In this document: piece by piece, positions 28,236 to 36,592 of the stretch
Position numbering within the stretch: the stretch's first letter is position 1
How the letters are laid out: each line of letters opens with the position of its first letter
Assembly (NCBI GenBank): GCA_947652805.1
Contig: CANTEM010000001.1
Coordinates: forward strand, 1-49,384
Direction: 5' to 3'
DNA length: 49,384 bases
From: an uncultured Clostridia bacterium
GTDB taxonomy: Bacteria; Bacillota; Clostridia; Oscillospirales; CAG-272
Made by a program: the position numbers and the translations under genes
Notes under the pieces: model-generated
What the model was told of the DNA's origin: nothing
Seen by the model: only the letters and a program-made list of their open reading frames with translations
Database searches by the model: none

Positions 28236-28928
28236 ATGGATAACAGTGAGCGGTTTTTAAATCTGTACAGGGATTTGGAGGAAGTACTCAGTGTAAAGTA
28301 CCAGACACGGTCTGGAGCAGTGCATCGGTTCGGCGGAGGAGAAGGCAGCCGGTGGCAGGAGGAGCTGAATCTGTTCCGGGAAATGCGCAATCTTTTGTCC
28401 CATCACGGGAGAATCGGGGAAGAGGCACCGATGCAGCCGTCGGAGCCAAGCATCCGCATTTTAGAGGAAATTTTGGAATATGCAAAGCATCCGCCGGCGG
28501 CGCTTTCCATTGCAACACGTACAGATCAGCTATACTGTGCGAACGGGAGCGAGCTTGTGACCGATTTGCTGAAGGAAATGGAGCAGCGGGGATTTTCCCA
28601 TATTCCTGTAGTAGACGAAAAGCGACGGCTCACCGGCGTTTTCAGCGTAGGCTCCCTCTTTACCCATACAAGAAACAAACCGGAACAGCCGGTTGCAGGC
28701 ATGCGGGTACGGGATATGGAAGCAGTGCTTCCTCCCCGGCAGCATGTTATGGAAAAGTTTTATTTTGTGGATCAGGATGCGTCCTGTTATGAGATTAAAA
28801 AGCTGTTTCAAAAAAGGGATGCGGGCAGCCGGCGGGTTGCCGCAATATTTGTAACGGTCGGCGGAAATGAAAAAAGTCCCATTATGGGCATGATCACCCC
28901 ATGGGACGTATTGCGGGCGGAAAAATGA
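28236..28928 (+). CDS. HEPN-like (RNxxxH) N-terminal domain fused to a CBS domain pair
   Basis: 230 aa, AGGAG RBS at 28224-28228. The helical N-terminus ends in FREMRNLLSHH (R51-N-x3-H56, nt 28386-28403), which is the HEPN Rx4-6H motif. Residues ~85-228 contain two CBS repeats (GFSHIPVVDEKRRLTGVFS and AAIFVTVGGNEKSPIMGMITPWDVL). Confidence 0.7.
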   Translation: MDNSERFLNLYRDLEEVLSVKYQTRSGAVHRFGGGEGSRWQEELNLFREMRNLLSHHGRIGEEAPMQPSEPSIRILEEILEYAKHPPAALSIATRTDQLYCANGSELVTDLLKEMEQRGFSHIPVVDEKRRLTGVFSVGSLFTHTRNKPEQPVAGMRVRDMEAVLPPRQHVMEKFYFVDQDASCYEIKKLFQKRDAGSRRVAAIFVTVGGNEKSPIMGMITPWDVLRAEK

Positions 28929-28934
28929 GGTAAG

Positions 28935-29190
28935 GGTTCCCCAGCAATTTTAACCAATATAAAAAGGCTCCCTGGGGGAGCTGGGCAGCACACCAATATA
29001 AGAAAGGCTCCCTTGTGTAAAGGGAGCTGTCGCGAAGCGACTGAGGGATTGTCTCGTTAAGTTGCCGATTTGTAGATTATTCAAAATGATAGCATAACAA
29101 TCCCTCCGAGTTTTGCTACGCAAAACCCACCCCCCTTTGCACAAGGGGGGCTTTTTGTTTGGTTGCCTCCTCGCAAGGGAGCCTTTTTGG
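28935..29190. repeat. Composite repeat block including full copy 3 (core inverted)
   Basis: CCCCAGCAATTTTAACCAATATAAAAAGGCTCCC (28939-28972). Left arm AAAGGCTCCCTTGTGTAAAGGGAG (about 29004-29027). Sub-hairpin GTCGC-GAA-GCGAC. Inner arms at 29043-29052 and 29097-29106. Core at 29053-29096 in the reverse orientation. Sub-hairpin GTTTTGC-TAC-GCAAAAC. Right arm at 29127-29152, then an additional arm at 29166-29186. Confidence 0.85.
29130..29160 (+). terminator. Intrinsic terminator formed by a repeat arm, downstream of the HEPN-CBS gene
   Basis: CCCCCCTT-TGCAC-AAGGGGGG (8-bp stem) immediately followed by CTTTTTGTTT. Confidence 0.6.
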
Positions 29191-29215
29191 ATGTTGATAT
29201 TGCTGTGGAGCCTTT

Positions 29216-31747
29216 CTACTGCTGCGATGTGTTCAAGGTTTTGTCCATCCAGTTCCAGCGCTTTTCAATAAAGGTTTTCAAATATTCCACTTGCCGTTCG
29301 TGGGTGTTACACAGTACGACTGCTTCCGGCTGCATGCCCACCCGAGCAAACAAAATATCCCATACTGCAAAATTATCATCCGCCGAGGGGGCGGTAAGAC
29401 GGTATCCTTCCTCCAGAGCCGCCCTTGCTGTCTCCAGCAGCGGAGCCTTTATCTCGTTCCAGCGATCCCGCAGCTGCGTCACGAACGCGTCATCCCGCAT
29501 AAGCTGACACATCCAGTTGTAATGCACGTATCCGCCGTCGTCGGTCAAACATGCCCATTCCTCATACCGCTGTAAATCTGCCACGCTATTTCCAAAGGCT
29601 AAATCAAAGTCCCAAACCTGAGACATTTTCAGCTTTTGCCCTGCTCCTTTGGTCATAAAAACGCTTCGCCGGAAGCAGGAATCTGCGTTGTAGGAAAGCT
29701 CCGTCATGATAAACCAGTCGATCAGGGAGGGAATATCAATATAATTTTCATAGTCCCCCATCACTTTTACTGCGCCGTCGGTCATATTGATATAATTTTC
29801 AATATAAGTCAGCGTTTGCTCGTCTGCACCGGCAGGCTCCAAAACGCCGATATTGCGCAGTATGGAGGAGGAAAATACAGGATGCCCGCTGTCCCGGCTC
29901 ACGCCCAGCTCCAGCAAAAATCCGGTATTTACATTTCCTGCGTCCTCATGAATGTACAGCCGTCCCTGTCCCTTTTCTACCTGTTGTCCTAAGGTATAAA
30001 CCCCCACATATTCTCCGTTTAAAAAAACGTCCACGGGATATTGGGTGGCATAGCAATCCATGTTGTCCAGCACCTTAGCGCATTCCAGCGCCACATAATT
30101 GCGGATGAGACTTTTGTCTGCAAAATTTGCAAGAAGCACCCAGGTTTTTTCGCTCTCCATCCCCAAAACAGACTGGGATTCTTCAAATTTGATTTTGTAG
30201 GGCTTTTTTTCCGCCCATTCCCATGTGGTGTTGCCCCGCCCACGGATTTTTGCCGTGCTGGCTTCCAGAGAAGGCAGACCGGCAGAAAAGTCGCTTTCAA
30301 TAGAAATTGTGGCTCCCACATATTCTTCTTTCGAGGTGATCGCCGCGCCGCCCTCTGTTTCAATGTGTACCACCGGCATTTGCAGGGAGCAGTTTGTTTC
30401 TATATAGTAAAGTGAGGTGCCTGCCCTGTCGGATACTTTCATATAGCAGCCCATGGGATCCAGCAGGTTTACTGTGCCGTCGCTGTTTACACTGCCGGCA
30501 AAGGATACGGTGCAGTCCGGGGAAACAGATACGGTTAGAGAAGCATTTTTCAGAGCGGAAGGGGAGAGGACGCTGTCCACCTGCGCTCTGTATACAAAAG
30601 GCGCGTCCTGCGCGGTTGTCCAGCGGATATCTGCTGTGGTATATGCATTGTTTGCCACTTCCAGGGTGATCTCCGGCACAGCAGAGCAGGTTCCGCCAAG
30701 GGTATATCCCGAAAGGATTTGCCCGTTATAGTCCCGGAGACGGTAAAGCAATGCCGCTGTGTGAAGGGGAGGGCAGTTTTCTTCCCAAATCAAAGAACAG
30801 TTCGGAGCGTCCAGAAGGATTTTGTCCAGAGGGAATGCTCCCTCCAGTCTGATTTCTCCGGTGGAATCTGTTTGTATTGCGATCGGTGCATCCAGCACCG
30901 CGCCGTTCAGGGACAGGGACACAGGAATCGAAAAGGTGATTTTCCGATCCACCGTAAAAGCTTCAAGCCGGATCGTCGTACCCGGCGCAGCGCGTTCAAA
31001 GTCCGTGCCGGCTGCCAGCGTTTCCAGTTCTTCCATAGAAGAAACGGTAAGTGTGCCGTCCAGAGACTCCCCATTGAGAGACGCGGCGGCAACGGTTAAA
31101 GGAATATTTTCAGGGGTGAGGGAATCCGGCACGTTGATATCACATTTCGGAGCACGGGCATAAAAGCCAGAAGCTAAAATGCCGCCGGACAGGGAAAGGG
31201 TGCCGGATTCGCCTGTGACAAAGGAAACCGGACCTTTGACCGAGAGGGTGTGTCCGTCTGTGGAGAGAGACAAGGGTTTTGTTATGTACAACGGGTTCTC
31301 CAGTGTAATATCTTGCAGCAAGGTAATATCCGACGCATCGGAAACGGCTGTCTCCAGCCCTGCCGGGGAAAGGATATATGCCTGATCCGTCCCTTCCTGC
31401 ATCATGCGGATGCCGCCATTCAAATCCGCTTTTTCGGAGAGAGATACAGAAGCAGAATCGGAGCTGCCTGCGGCCGCCGTGAAAGTAACAAACCCGCCTT
31501 CTGCGGCGTTTGTGTACAGGCTGACGGAAGCTTCCCTATCTGTATTATTGTAAAAGGTGAGTTTTACATCACCGGACAAAGCCACCTGTCGGAGGGCGGG
31601 ACCTTCCTCTGTGGAAAAAAGGAGGGTATGATTTGCATACAACCACAATCCGTTACCTTTGTGCCGGTCGCAGGAAATAAACAGGAGGATACACGAAAGC
31701 AGCAGGGTGAGAAGTCCTGTCGATACAATTTTTTTGCTCATATGCAT
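29216..31747 (-). CDS. CotH kinase-family protein with lipoprotein-type signal peptide and long N-terminal beta-rich region
   Basis: 843 aa. N-terminus MHMSKKIVSTGLLTLLLSCILLFISCD (lipobox-like). The C-terminal ~350 aa carry CotH signatures: NFADKSLIRNYVALE, VDVFLNGEYVGVYTL, VWDFDLAFGN. Confidence 0.85.
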   Translation of the reverse strand: MHMSKKIVSTGLLTLLLSCILLFISCDRHKGNGLWLYANHTLLFSTEEGPALRQVALSGDVKLTFYNNTDREASVSLYTNAAEGGFVTFTAAAGSSDSASVSLSEKADLNGGIRMMQEGTDQAYILSPAGLETAVSDASDITLLQDITLENPLYITKPLSLSTDGHTLSVKGPVSFVTGESGTLSLSGGILASGFYARAPKCDINVPDSLTPENIPLTVAAASLNGESLDGTLTVSSMEELETLAAGTDFERAAPGTTIRLEAFTVDRKITFSIPVSLSLNGAVLDAPIAIQTDSTGEIRLEGAFPLDKILLDAPNCSLIWEENCPPLHTAALLYRLRDYNGQILSGYTLGGTCSAVPEITLEVANNAYTTADIRWTTAQDAPFVYRAQVDSVLSPSALKNASLTVSVSPDCTVSFAGSVNSDGTVNLLDPMGCYMKVSDRAGTSLYYIETNCSLQMPVVHIETEGGAAITSKEEYVGATISIESDFSAGLPSLEASTAKIRGRGNTTWEWAEKKPYKIKFEESQSVLGMESEKTWVLLANFADKSLIRNYVALECAKVLDNMDCYATQYPVDVFLNGEYVGVYTLGQQVEKGQGRLYIHEDAGNVNTGFLLELGVSRDSGHPVFSSSILRNIGVLEPAGADEQTLTYIENYINMTDGAVKVMGDYENYIDIPSLIDWFIMTELSYNADSCFRRSVFMTKGAGQKLKMSQVWDFDLAFGNSVADLQRYEEWACLTDDGGYVHYNWMCQLMRDDAFVTQLRDRWNEIKAPLLETARAALEEGYRLTAPSADDNFAVWDILFARVGMQPEAVVLCNTHERQVEYLKTFIEKRWNWMDKTLNTSQQ

Positions 31748-31855
31748 CCTCCTGAAGGTTACGAATATACTTCATTCTATCACAAACTGGTGGGGCTTGC
31801 TACCAAAGAGGATGAAAGTTTACAAAAGAAAATTCTGGAAAAGTCTGCCTATCCT

Positions 31856-33775
31856 TTACACATCCATATCCTCTGCCACGGAGAACCCTTCTTCTTCCTC
31901 ATATAACTGCATCAGCTGATCTTCCACGTAGATTCGCTGATCCTCTAACTGGGCGGCCTTGACATAGTCCGTGGCATCCTCGCCGTACAATCGGTCTGTA
32001 ATCTGGGCAAGCTCTTTTTCCAAACGGACGATTTCCCCAGCCACCTTCCTGCGTCGGGCTTCCTTGCGTCGCACCGCCGCCTGTTCTTCCTTCTTTTTCA
32101 AATACTGTTCCTTGCCGCTGGGAACCGCCGCAGGTGTTGCCGGGGCTTCTTTCGGCTGGGAAGAATCTGCTGCGGCGATATATTCGTCATATCCCCCCCT
32201 GAAATCCCGCACCGGATTTTCCAGAGACAAAATTCTTGTTGCAAGCCGCTGGATAAAATACCGGTCGTGAGACACAGCGATGACAGTGCCTTCAAAAGCT
32301 TCCAGTGCATTTTCCAGCGCCTCTCGGGAGGGGATATCCAAATGGTTGGTAGGTTCGTCCAGAATCAGTACGTTTACCTTGGATAAAATCAGTTTTGCAA
32401 GGGTCAGCCGGGCGCGTTCTCCCCCGGACAGAACCGATACGGTTTTTTCCACATCCTCTCCCCGGAACATGAACACGGCAAGAATGGAAAAGAGTTCTTT
32501 CCTGCCAATAGTGGGATATGCGTCCCACAGCTCGTCCAGCACCGTTTTGTCCGGCGACAGGTTTTGGTTTTCCTGATCGTAATATCCAACCTGCACATTG
32601 TAGCCGAACTCCACCCGTCCTGTCCGTGGCGTCAGCTTGCCCAGAAGAGTTTTCAGCAAAGTGGATTTTCCGCAGCCGTTGGGGCCTGCGATAATCAACC
32701 GCTCTCCCCGCTTTACGGAAAAGGAGAGATCGGAAAACAGATTTTCACTGCCAAAGCCCACTGCCAGCTTTTTCACATCCAATACGTCGTTGCCCGAACG
32801 GACAGCCTTGGAAAAGGCAAACTGTAAGGTTTTGGGGGCGTCCTCCGGCTTTTCCACTTTGTCCATGCGGGCAATGGCTTTTTCCCGGCTTTCCGCCGCA
32901 ATGATATTCCGCTCCCGGTTCCACCGGCGCTGCTGCTCGATATATGCTTCCAGCCGGGCGATCTCCCGCTGCTGGAGTATGTACTGCTTTTCCTGTGCCG
33001 CGCGCTGCTCTTCCTTTTGCTTTTTATATGCCGTGTAGGCGCATTTATACAGCTTTGCCTTGTGATTTTCAATATCCAGGGTTTTGTTTGTCACCCGGTC
33101 CAGAAAATACCGGTCGTGGCTGACCAGAAGCAGTGTCTTTTTATAACCTGCCAAGTGCCCCTCCAGCCAGGTCATGGTTTCAATATCCAAATGGTTGGTG
33201 GGCTCGTCCAGAATCAGAATATCCGGCTCCCGGAACAGAAGCCGGGCAAGGGCAAGCCTTGTCCGCTGTCCCCCGGACAGGGTAGTGATGCTCCGGGAAA
33301 ATGTGTCCTCATCGAACCCAAGCTTTGCAAGGAGACTTTTGCACCGGGATTTGTAGTGCAGACCGCCCGCCTCTGTAAAGCGGGTGTTCAGCCGTTCGTA
33401 TTCTGCGCTTAGAGACAATAGCCGCTCCTGTGGTGCAGTTTCCATTTCTGTCTCCAATTGAGCAAGCCGGGCTTCATCTCGACAAAGCTCTGGAAACGCC
33501 GCGTACATTTGGGCAAGGACGGTGTCGTCCCCTTCCAGCACCTGAAAGGAGTCATCCTGCCGCATCATGCCGATCTGTTTGTCTTTGGCAAAATATACGC
33601 CTCCCTCATCCGCTTCCTCCATACCGGTGATCAGCCGGAGCAGGGTCGTTTTGCCGCTTCCGTTTACGCCTACGATTCCCAGACGGTCCCCTTCTTCTAT
33701 AGAGAAGGTGACCCCGGACAGAATCCTGTTTGTTCCAACACTGTAAGACAGGTTGCTCACACTCAATGCGATCAT
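31856..33775 (-). CDS. ABC-F family ATPase (translation factor type, no TM domains)
   Basis: 639 aa. Two ABC cassettes (GVNGSGKTT / LSGGQRTR and GPNGCGKST / LSGGERAR), a helical interdomain linker and a C-terminal Lys/Glu coiled coil as in the Uup/YdiF-like ABC-F group. Confidence 0.9.
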   Translation of the reverse strand: MIALSVSNLSYSVGTNRILSGVTFSIEEGDRLGIVGVNGSGKTTLLRLITGMEEADEGGVYFAKDKQIGMMRQDDSFQVLEGDDTVLAQMYAAFPELCRDEARLAQLETEMETAPQERLLSLSAEYERLNTRFTEAGGLHYKSRCKSLLAKLGFDEDTFSRSITTLSGGQRTRLALARLLFREPDILILDEPTNHLDIETMTWLEGHLAGYKKTLLLVSHDRYFLDRVTNKTLDIENHKAKLYKCAYTAYKKQKEEQRAAQEKQYILQQREIARLEAYIEQQRRWNRERNIIAAESREKAIARMDKVEKPEDAPKTLQFAFSKAVRSGNDVLDVKKLAVGFGSENLFSDLSFSVKRGERLIIAGPNGCGKSTLLKTLLGKLTPRTGRVEFGYNVQVGYYDQENQNLSPDKTVLDELWDAYPTIGRKELFSILAVFMFRGEDVEKTVSVLSGGERARLTLAKLILSKVNVLILDEPTNHLDIPSREALENALEAFEGTVIAVSHDRYFIQRLATRILSLENPVRDFRGGYDEYIAAADSSQPKEAPATPAAVPSGKEQYLKKKEEQAAVRRKEARRRKVAGEIVRLEKELAQITDRLYGEDATDYVKAAQLEDQRIYVEDQLMQLYEEEEGFSVAEDMDV

Positions 33776-33800
33776 AGAACTGTATCCTTTATCATTTCAT

Positions 33801-33832
33801 AAAAAAGGGTCTGTGTCCGTGGACGCAGACCC
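33801..33832 (-). terminator. Rho-independent terminator ending the TelA/TPM operon
   Basis: On the minus strand: GGGTCTGCG-TCCACGGA-CACAGACCC followed by TTTTTT, 27 nt after the TPM gene stop. Confidence 0.75.
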
Positions 33833-33858
33833 TCGTTTTAAAGACTTCGTGTGTTATT

Positions 33859-34806
33859 TCAGCGCCGTCCTCCGCCGGCACCCCGGCTTCCGCCGCCTCC
33901 AAATCCACCGAAACCACCGCCTCTGCCGCCGCCGAATCCGCCGGAGTGTCCTCCGCCAAAACCGCCCGGGCGAGAGCCTCCTGGTCTGGGGCCGGGACGC
34001 GGACCGGGACCCGGTCCGTAGTGGTGATGATGGTGGTGATACCCTCCCCAGAAGGGGCGCCCGTATCTGTATCGGTAGCCGCCGCCCGGTCCGCCGCAGG
34101 AAAAGCAGGAGGAACGGAGCAGAGCAAAGAGCACGACCGCGATCACAGCAAGGGTGATCAGCAGTCCGATGATTCCGGAAAAAATAGCGCCGATTACACT
34201 GCCGGCTGTTCCTGTGCTTCCGCCGCCGGCAGGACCTGCCGCGGGACCGGAGCCGTAACGGTAGGTAACGCCGTCCCAGCTTTCTGTGTCAATATTATAG
34301 ATTTGTTCCAGCGTTTCTGTCATTTTCTCGCAGAAAATGCTTGCGGCTCTGTCATACTGTTTCCCGTCGAAGGCGCTTTCCATACCGCTGTCAAAAATCC
34401 GCTGGAGCACGGCGGAGGTGACTTTTCCTTCCAGTCCGTAGCCAAGGGCAGCCCAATACTTGAAGGTGGAGATTTCCATTACGAACAAAACGCCGTTGTT
34501 TTGCTCCTTATCGCCGATTCCCCAATGGTTGAACAGATCGTCTGCATATTCGCTCAAATCGGAATAGCCGGTTTTGTTAACAGCAACAATCACAATCTGC
34601 GCGCCGGACAGAGCATACAATGCGTTGGACGCCTGATTGATCTGCTGTTCCGTCTGGGCGTCGATTACGCCTGCCGGGTCGTATACGCAGGATGCGGGAG
34701 GATCCGGCAGCTTATCGGTATCGGCTGCACAGATTTGCAGGGTGCCGCCAAGGAGCAGGAATATGCTTAAAATCAGAGCAAGGGATTTTTTTGCAGCAGT
34801 ATACAT
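33859..34806 (-). CDS. TPM domain (YgcG-like) membrane protein with His6 run and Gly-rich C-terminal tail
   Basis: 315 aa. Signal/anchor sequence and a TPM_phosphatase-type domain (VYDPAGVIDAQTEQQIN..., GAQIVIVAV, NNGVLFVM, GYGLEG). One TM helix, then a cytoplasmic tail GGYHHHHHHYGPGPGPRPGPRPGG...GGFGGGRGGGFGGFGGGG. Confidence 0.85.
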   Translation of the reverse strand: MYTAAKKSLALILSIFLLLGGTLQICAADTDKLPDPPASCVYDPAGVIDAQTEQQINQASNALYALSGAQIVIVAVNKTGYSDLSEYADDLFNHWGIGDKEQNNGVLFVMEISTFKYWAALGYGLEGKVTSAVLQRIFDSGMESAFDGKQYDRAASIFCEKMTETLEQIYNIDTESWDGVTYRYGSGPAAGPAGGGSTGTAGSVIGAIFSGIIGLLITLAVIAVVLFALLRSSCFSCGGPGGGYRYRYGRPFWGGYHHHHHHYGPGPGPRPGPRPGGSRPGGFGGGHSGGFGGGRGGGFGGFGGGGSRGAGGGRR

Positions 34807-34831
34807 GCCGGTAATGTCCTTTCAAAGTAGA

Positions 34832-35362
34832 TCAGTCAAACACAATCGCCGCATCTTTCGCAAAAAGGGAAGCGGGGAACAGATCTGTCAGCTTATTGTA
34901 TTTCTTTGCCGCCTCGTTGTAGGCATCGTATTTTTGCAGGATAGAAATATCGCTGCACACCGCCATATGGGCTGCACGTACATCGTCCTTATAGTTTCCC
35001 GAGGTCAGCAGCCGATTATACAGGGTTTCCGTGCTGCGTTCAATGATGGTATATTCGCAGCTAAGTGCTGTAGGACTGTTTCCGTGGTTTTGCATTTCCT
35101 CGGCTGCCCGGCGCAGTGAAGCGCAGCTATCGTCTTTTTCCAGCGTCTGCTCATACAGATCGGCAAACAATATACTGTGATATGCAAGATCCGACAAGGT
35201 AGCGGACACAGTTTCTCCGAACCGGTCTTTTTTTGTAAATTCCTTTTCCACCCGTCCTGCCTGGACAGCCACGCTGCGCCATGTTCCGAAAATCGGTGTG
35301 ATCAGAATGATCACGGCAAGAATGATACCTGCACGGACTCTATTTTCCAGAAAAAACTTCAT
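34832..35362 (-). CDS. LemA-like membrane-anchored protein (divergent)
   Basis: 176 aa. N-terminal TM helix and helical body. The C-terminal YDAYNEAAKKYNKLTDLFPASLFA resembles the LemA C-terminal YNxxxxxYNxxxxxFPxxxxA motif. It sits in the usual position upstream of a TPM gene. Confidence 0.5.
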   Translation of the reverse strand: MKFFLENRVRAGIILAVIILITPIFGTWRSVAVQAGRVEKEFTKKDRFGETVSATLSDLAYHSILFADLYEQTLEKDDSCASLRRAAEEMQNHGNSPTALSCEYTIIERSTETLYNRLLTSGNYKDDVRAAHMAVCSDISILQKYDAYNEAAKKYNKLTDLFPASLFAKDAAIVFD

Positions 35363-35388
35363 ATTAAAAGGATTCCTTTTCCGGGGGA

Positions 35389-36546
35389 TTATTTGTTATT
35401 TTGCATCAGCTTTGCACGCAGCTCGCCTTCGATACGACCCAATTCCTTTTCTGCCTCTGCCCGCTTTGTTTTGCCTTCCGCCTGGATCCGCTGGACTTCA
35501 TCCAGGGTAGCGATCAACTGCTGGTTTGTATTTTGCAGGGTTTCCAGTTCAACGATGCCCCGCTCCGATTCTTTTGCGATGTCAATGGAGCCTTGCTTTA
35601 GAGTTTCCGCGTTCCGGCGCAGCAGCTCGTTGGTCATGTCGGTGACAGCCCGCTGGGCTTCCATTGCCTGATTGGAATGCTCAATTCCCAGAGAAAGGAT
35701 CATCTGGTTTTTCCAAAGGGGGATGGTAGAAACGATAACGGATTGGATTTTCTCCGTCATCAGGGTATCGTTGTTCTGTACCAGACGGATCTGGGGAGCC
35801 ATCTGAATGCAGATCATTCTGGTCAGCTCCAGATCATACAGCTTTTTCTCAAATCTGGTCAGTTGGGCTTCAAAATCATTTACAGCCTGGGCATCCTCCG
35901 GCAGACCGGATTTTTCCGCCTTTTCCCGGAGTGCCACCAGCGTGGTTGCCCGCTCTGCTTCCAGCTTTTTCTTGCCTGCTAAAATGTACATCGTCAGTTC
36001 CTTGAAGTAGGCAAGGTTCATTGCGTACATTTTATCCAGCATGGCAACGTCCTTCATCAGCACGATCTGATGCTGTTCCAGAGATTCTACAATACTATTG
36101 ACGCTTGCTTCCGCAGAGTCGTATTTTGCCTTCATTGTAGCAATTTTATTTTTCTGCTTTTTGAAAAATCCCAAAAAGCCCTTCTCATCTTCATCGGCGG
36201 TGATGCCTTTCAGCTGGGTCACAAGTCCTGCGATCATATCGCCAAGCTCGCCGAAATCCTTAGTTTTAACCGATTCCAGTGCAGAATCGGAAAATGCGGA
36301 AATTTTTTGCTGGGCGGCAGCGCCGTATTGCAGAATGGCAGAGCTGTCCGTCACGTCGATTTTCTCTGCAAAGGCTTCTACTACCTTCTTTTCTTCTTCT
36401 GTCAGTGCGGAATCATTCAGCTCCTGGCTTTCCGGCTCCGCTTCTTTTACAGGTTCTTCTTCCTGGGGTGCGGCAGCGGCTGCTGCGGTCCCAAAGGGAT
36501 CCAGTGTCAGGGAAGGAATCTGCTCGTCAAAGTTTTGGTTATCCAT
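35389..36546 (-). CDS. TelA/YaaN family toxic anion resistance protein
   Basis: Strong similarity to B. subtilis YaaN as recalled: SLTLDPFG, ILQYGAAAQQKISAFSD, APQIRLVQNN, IPLWKNQ. The ATG at 36546 has a GGAGAG RBS 6 nt upstream and gives 385 aa. The ORF track begins at 36576. Confidence 0.9.
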   Translation of the reverse strand: MDNQNFDEQIPSLTLDPFGTAAAAAAPQEEEPVKEAEPESQELNDSALTEEEKKVVEAFAEKIDVTDSSAILQYGAAAQQKISAFSDSALESVKTKDFGELGDMIAGLVTQLKGITADEDEKGFLGFFKKQKNKIATMKAKYDSAEASVNSIVESLEQHQIVLMKDVAMLDKMYAMNLAYFKELTMYILAGKKKLEAERATTLVALREKAEKSGLPEDAQAVNDFEAQLTRFEKKLYDLELTRMICIQMAPQIRLVQNNDTLMTEKIQSVIVSTIPLWKNQMILSLGIEHSNQAMEAQRAVTDMTNELLRRNAETLKQGSIDIAKESERGIVELETLQNTNQQLIATLDEVQRIQAEGKTKRAEAEKELGRIEGELRAKLMQNNK

Positions 36547-36592
36547 ATTACTCTCCATTCCGCCGCCATGCGGCATACTGTTTACTTGATTT

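Noticed and set aside
20369-29190. Whether the recurring ~25-nt arm motifs could be a degenerate CRISPR array.
   Set aside because: The copies are scattered over 9 kb and separated by whole genes. They occur in both orientations, are palindromic with variable spacing, and no cas genes are present.
31748-31855. Possible terminator or regulatory element between the ABC-F gene stop and the CotH gene start.
   Set aside because: No convincing stem-loop or promoter hexamers were found on manual inspection.
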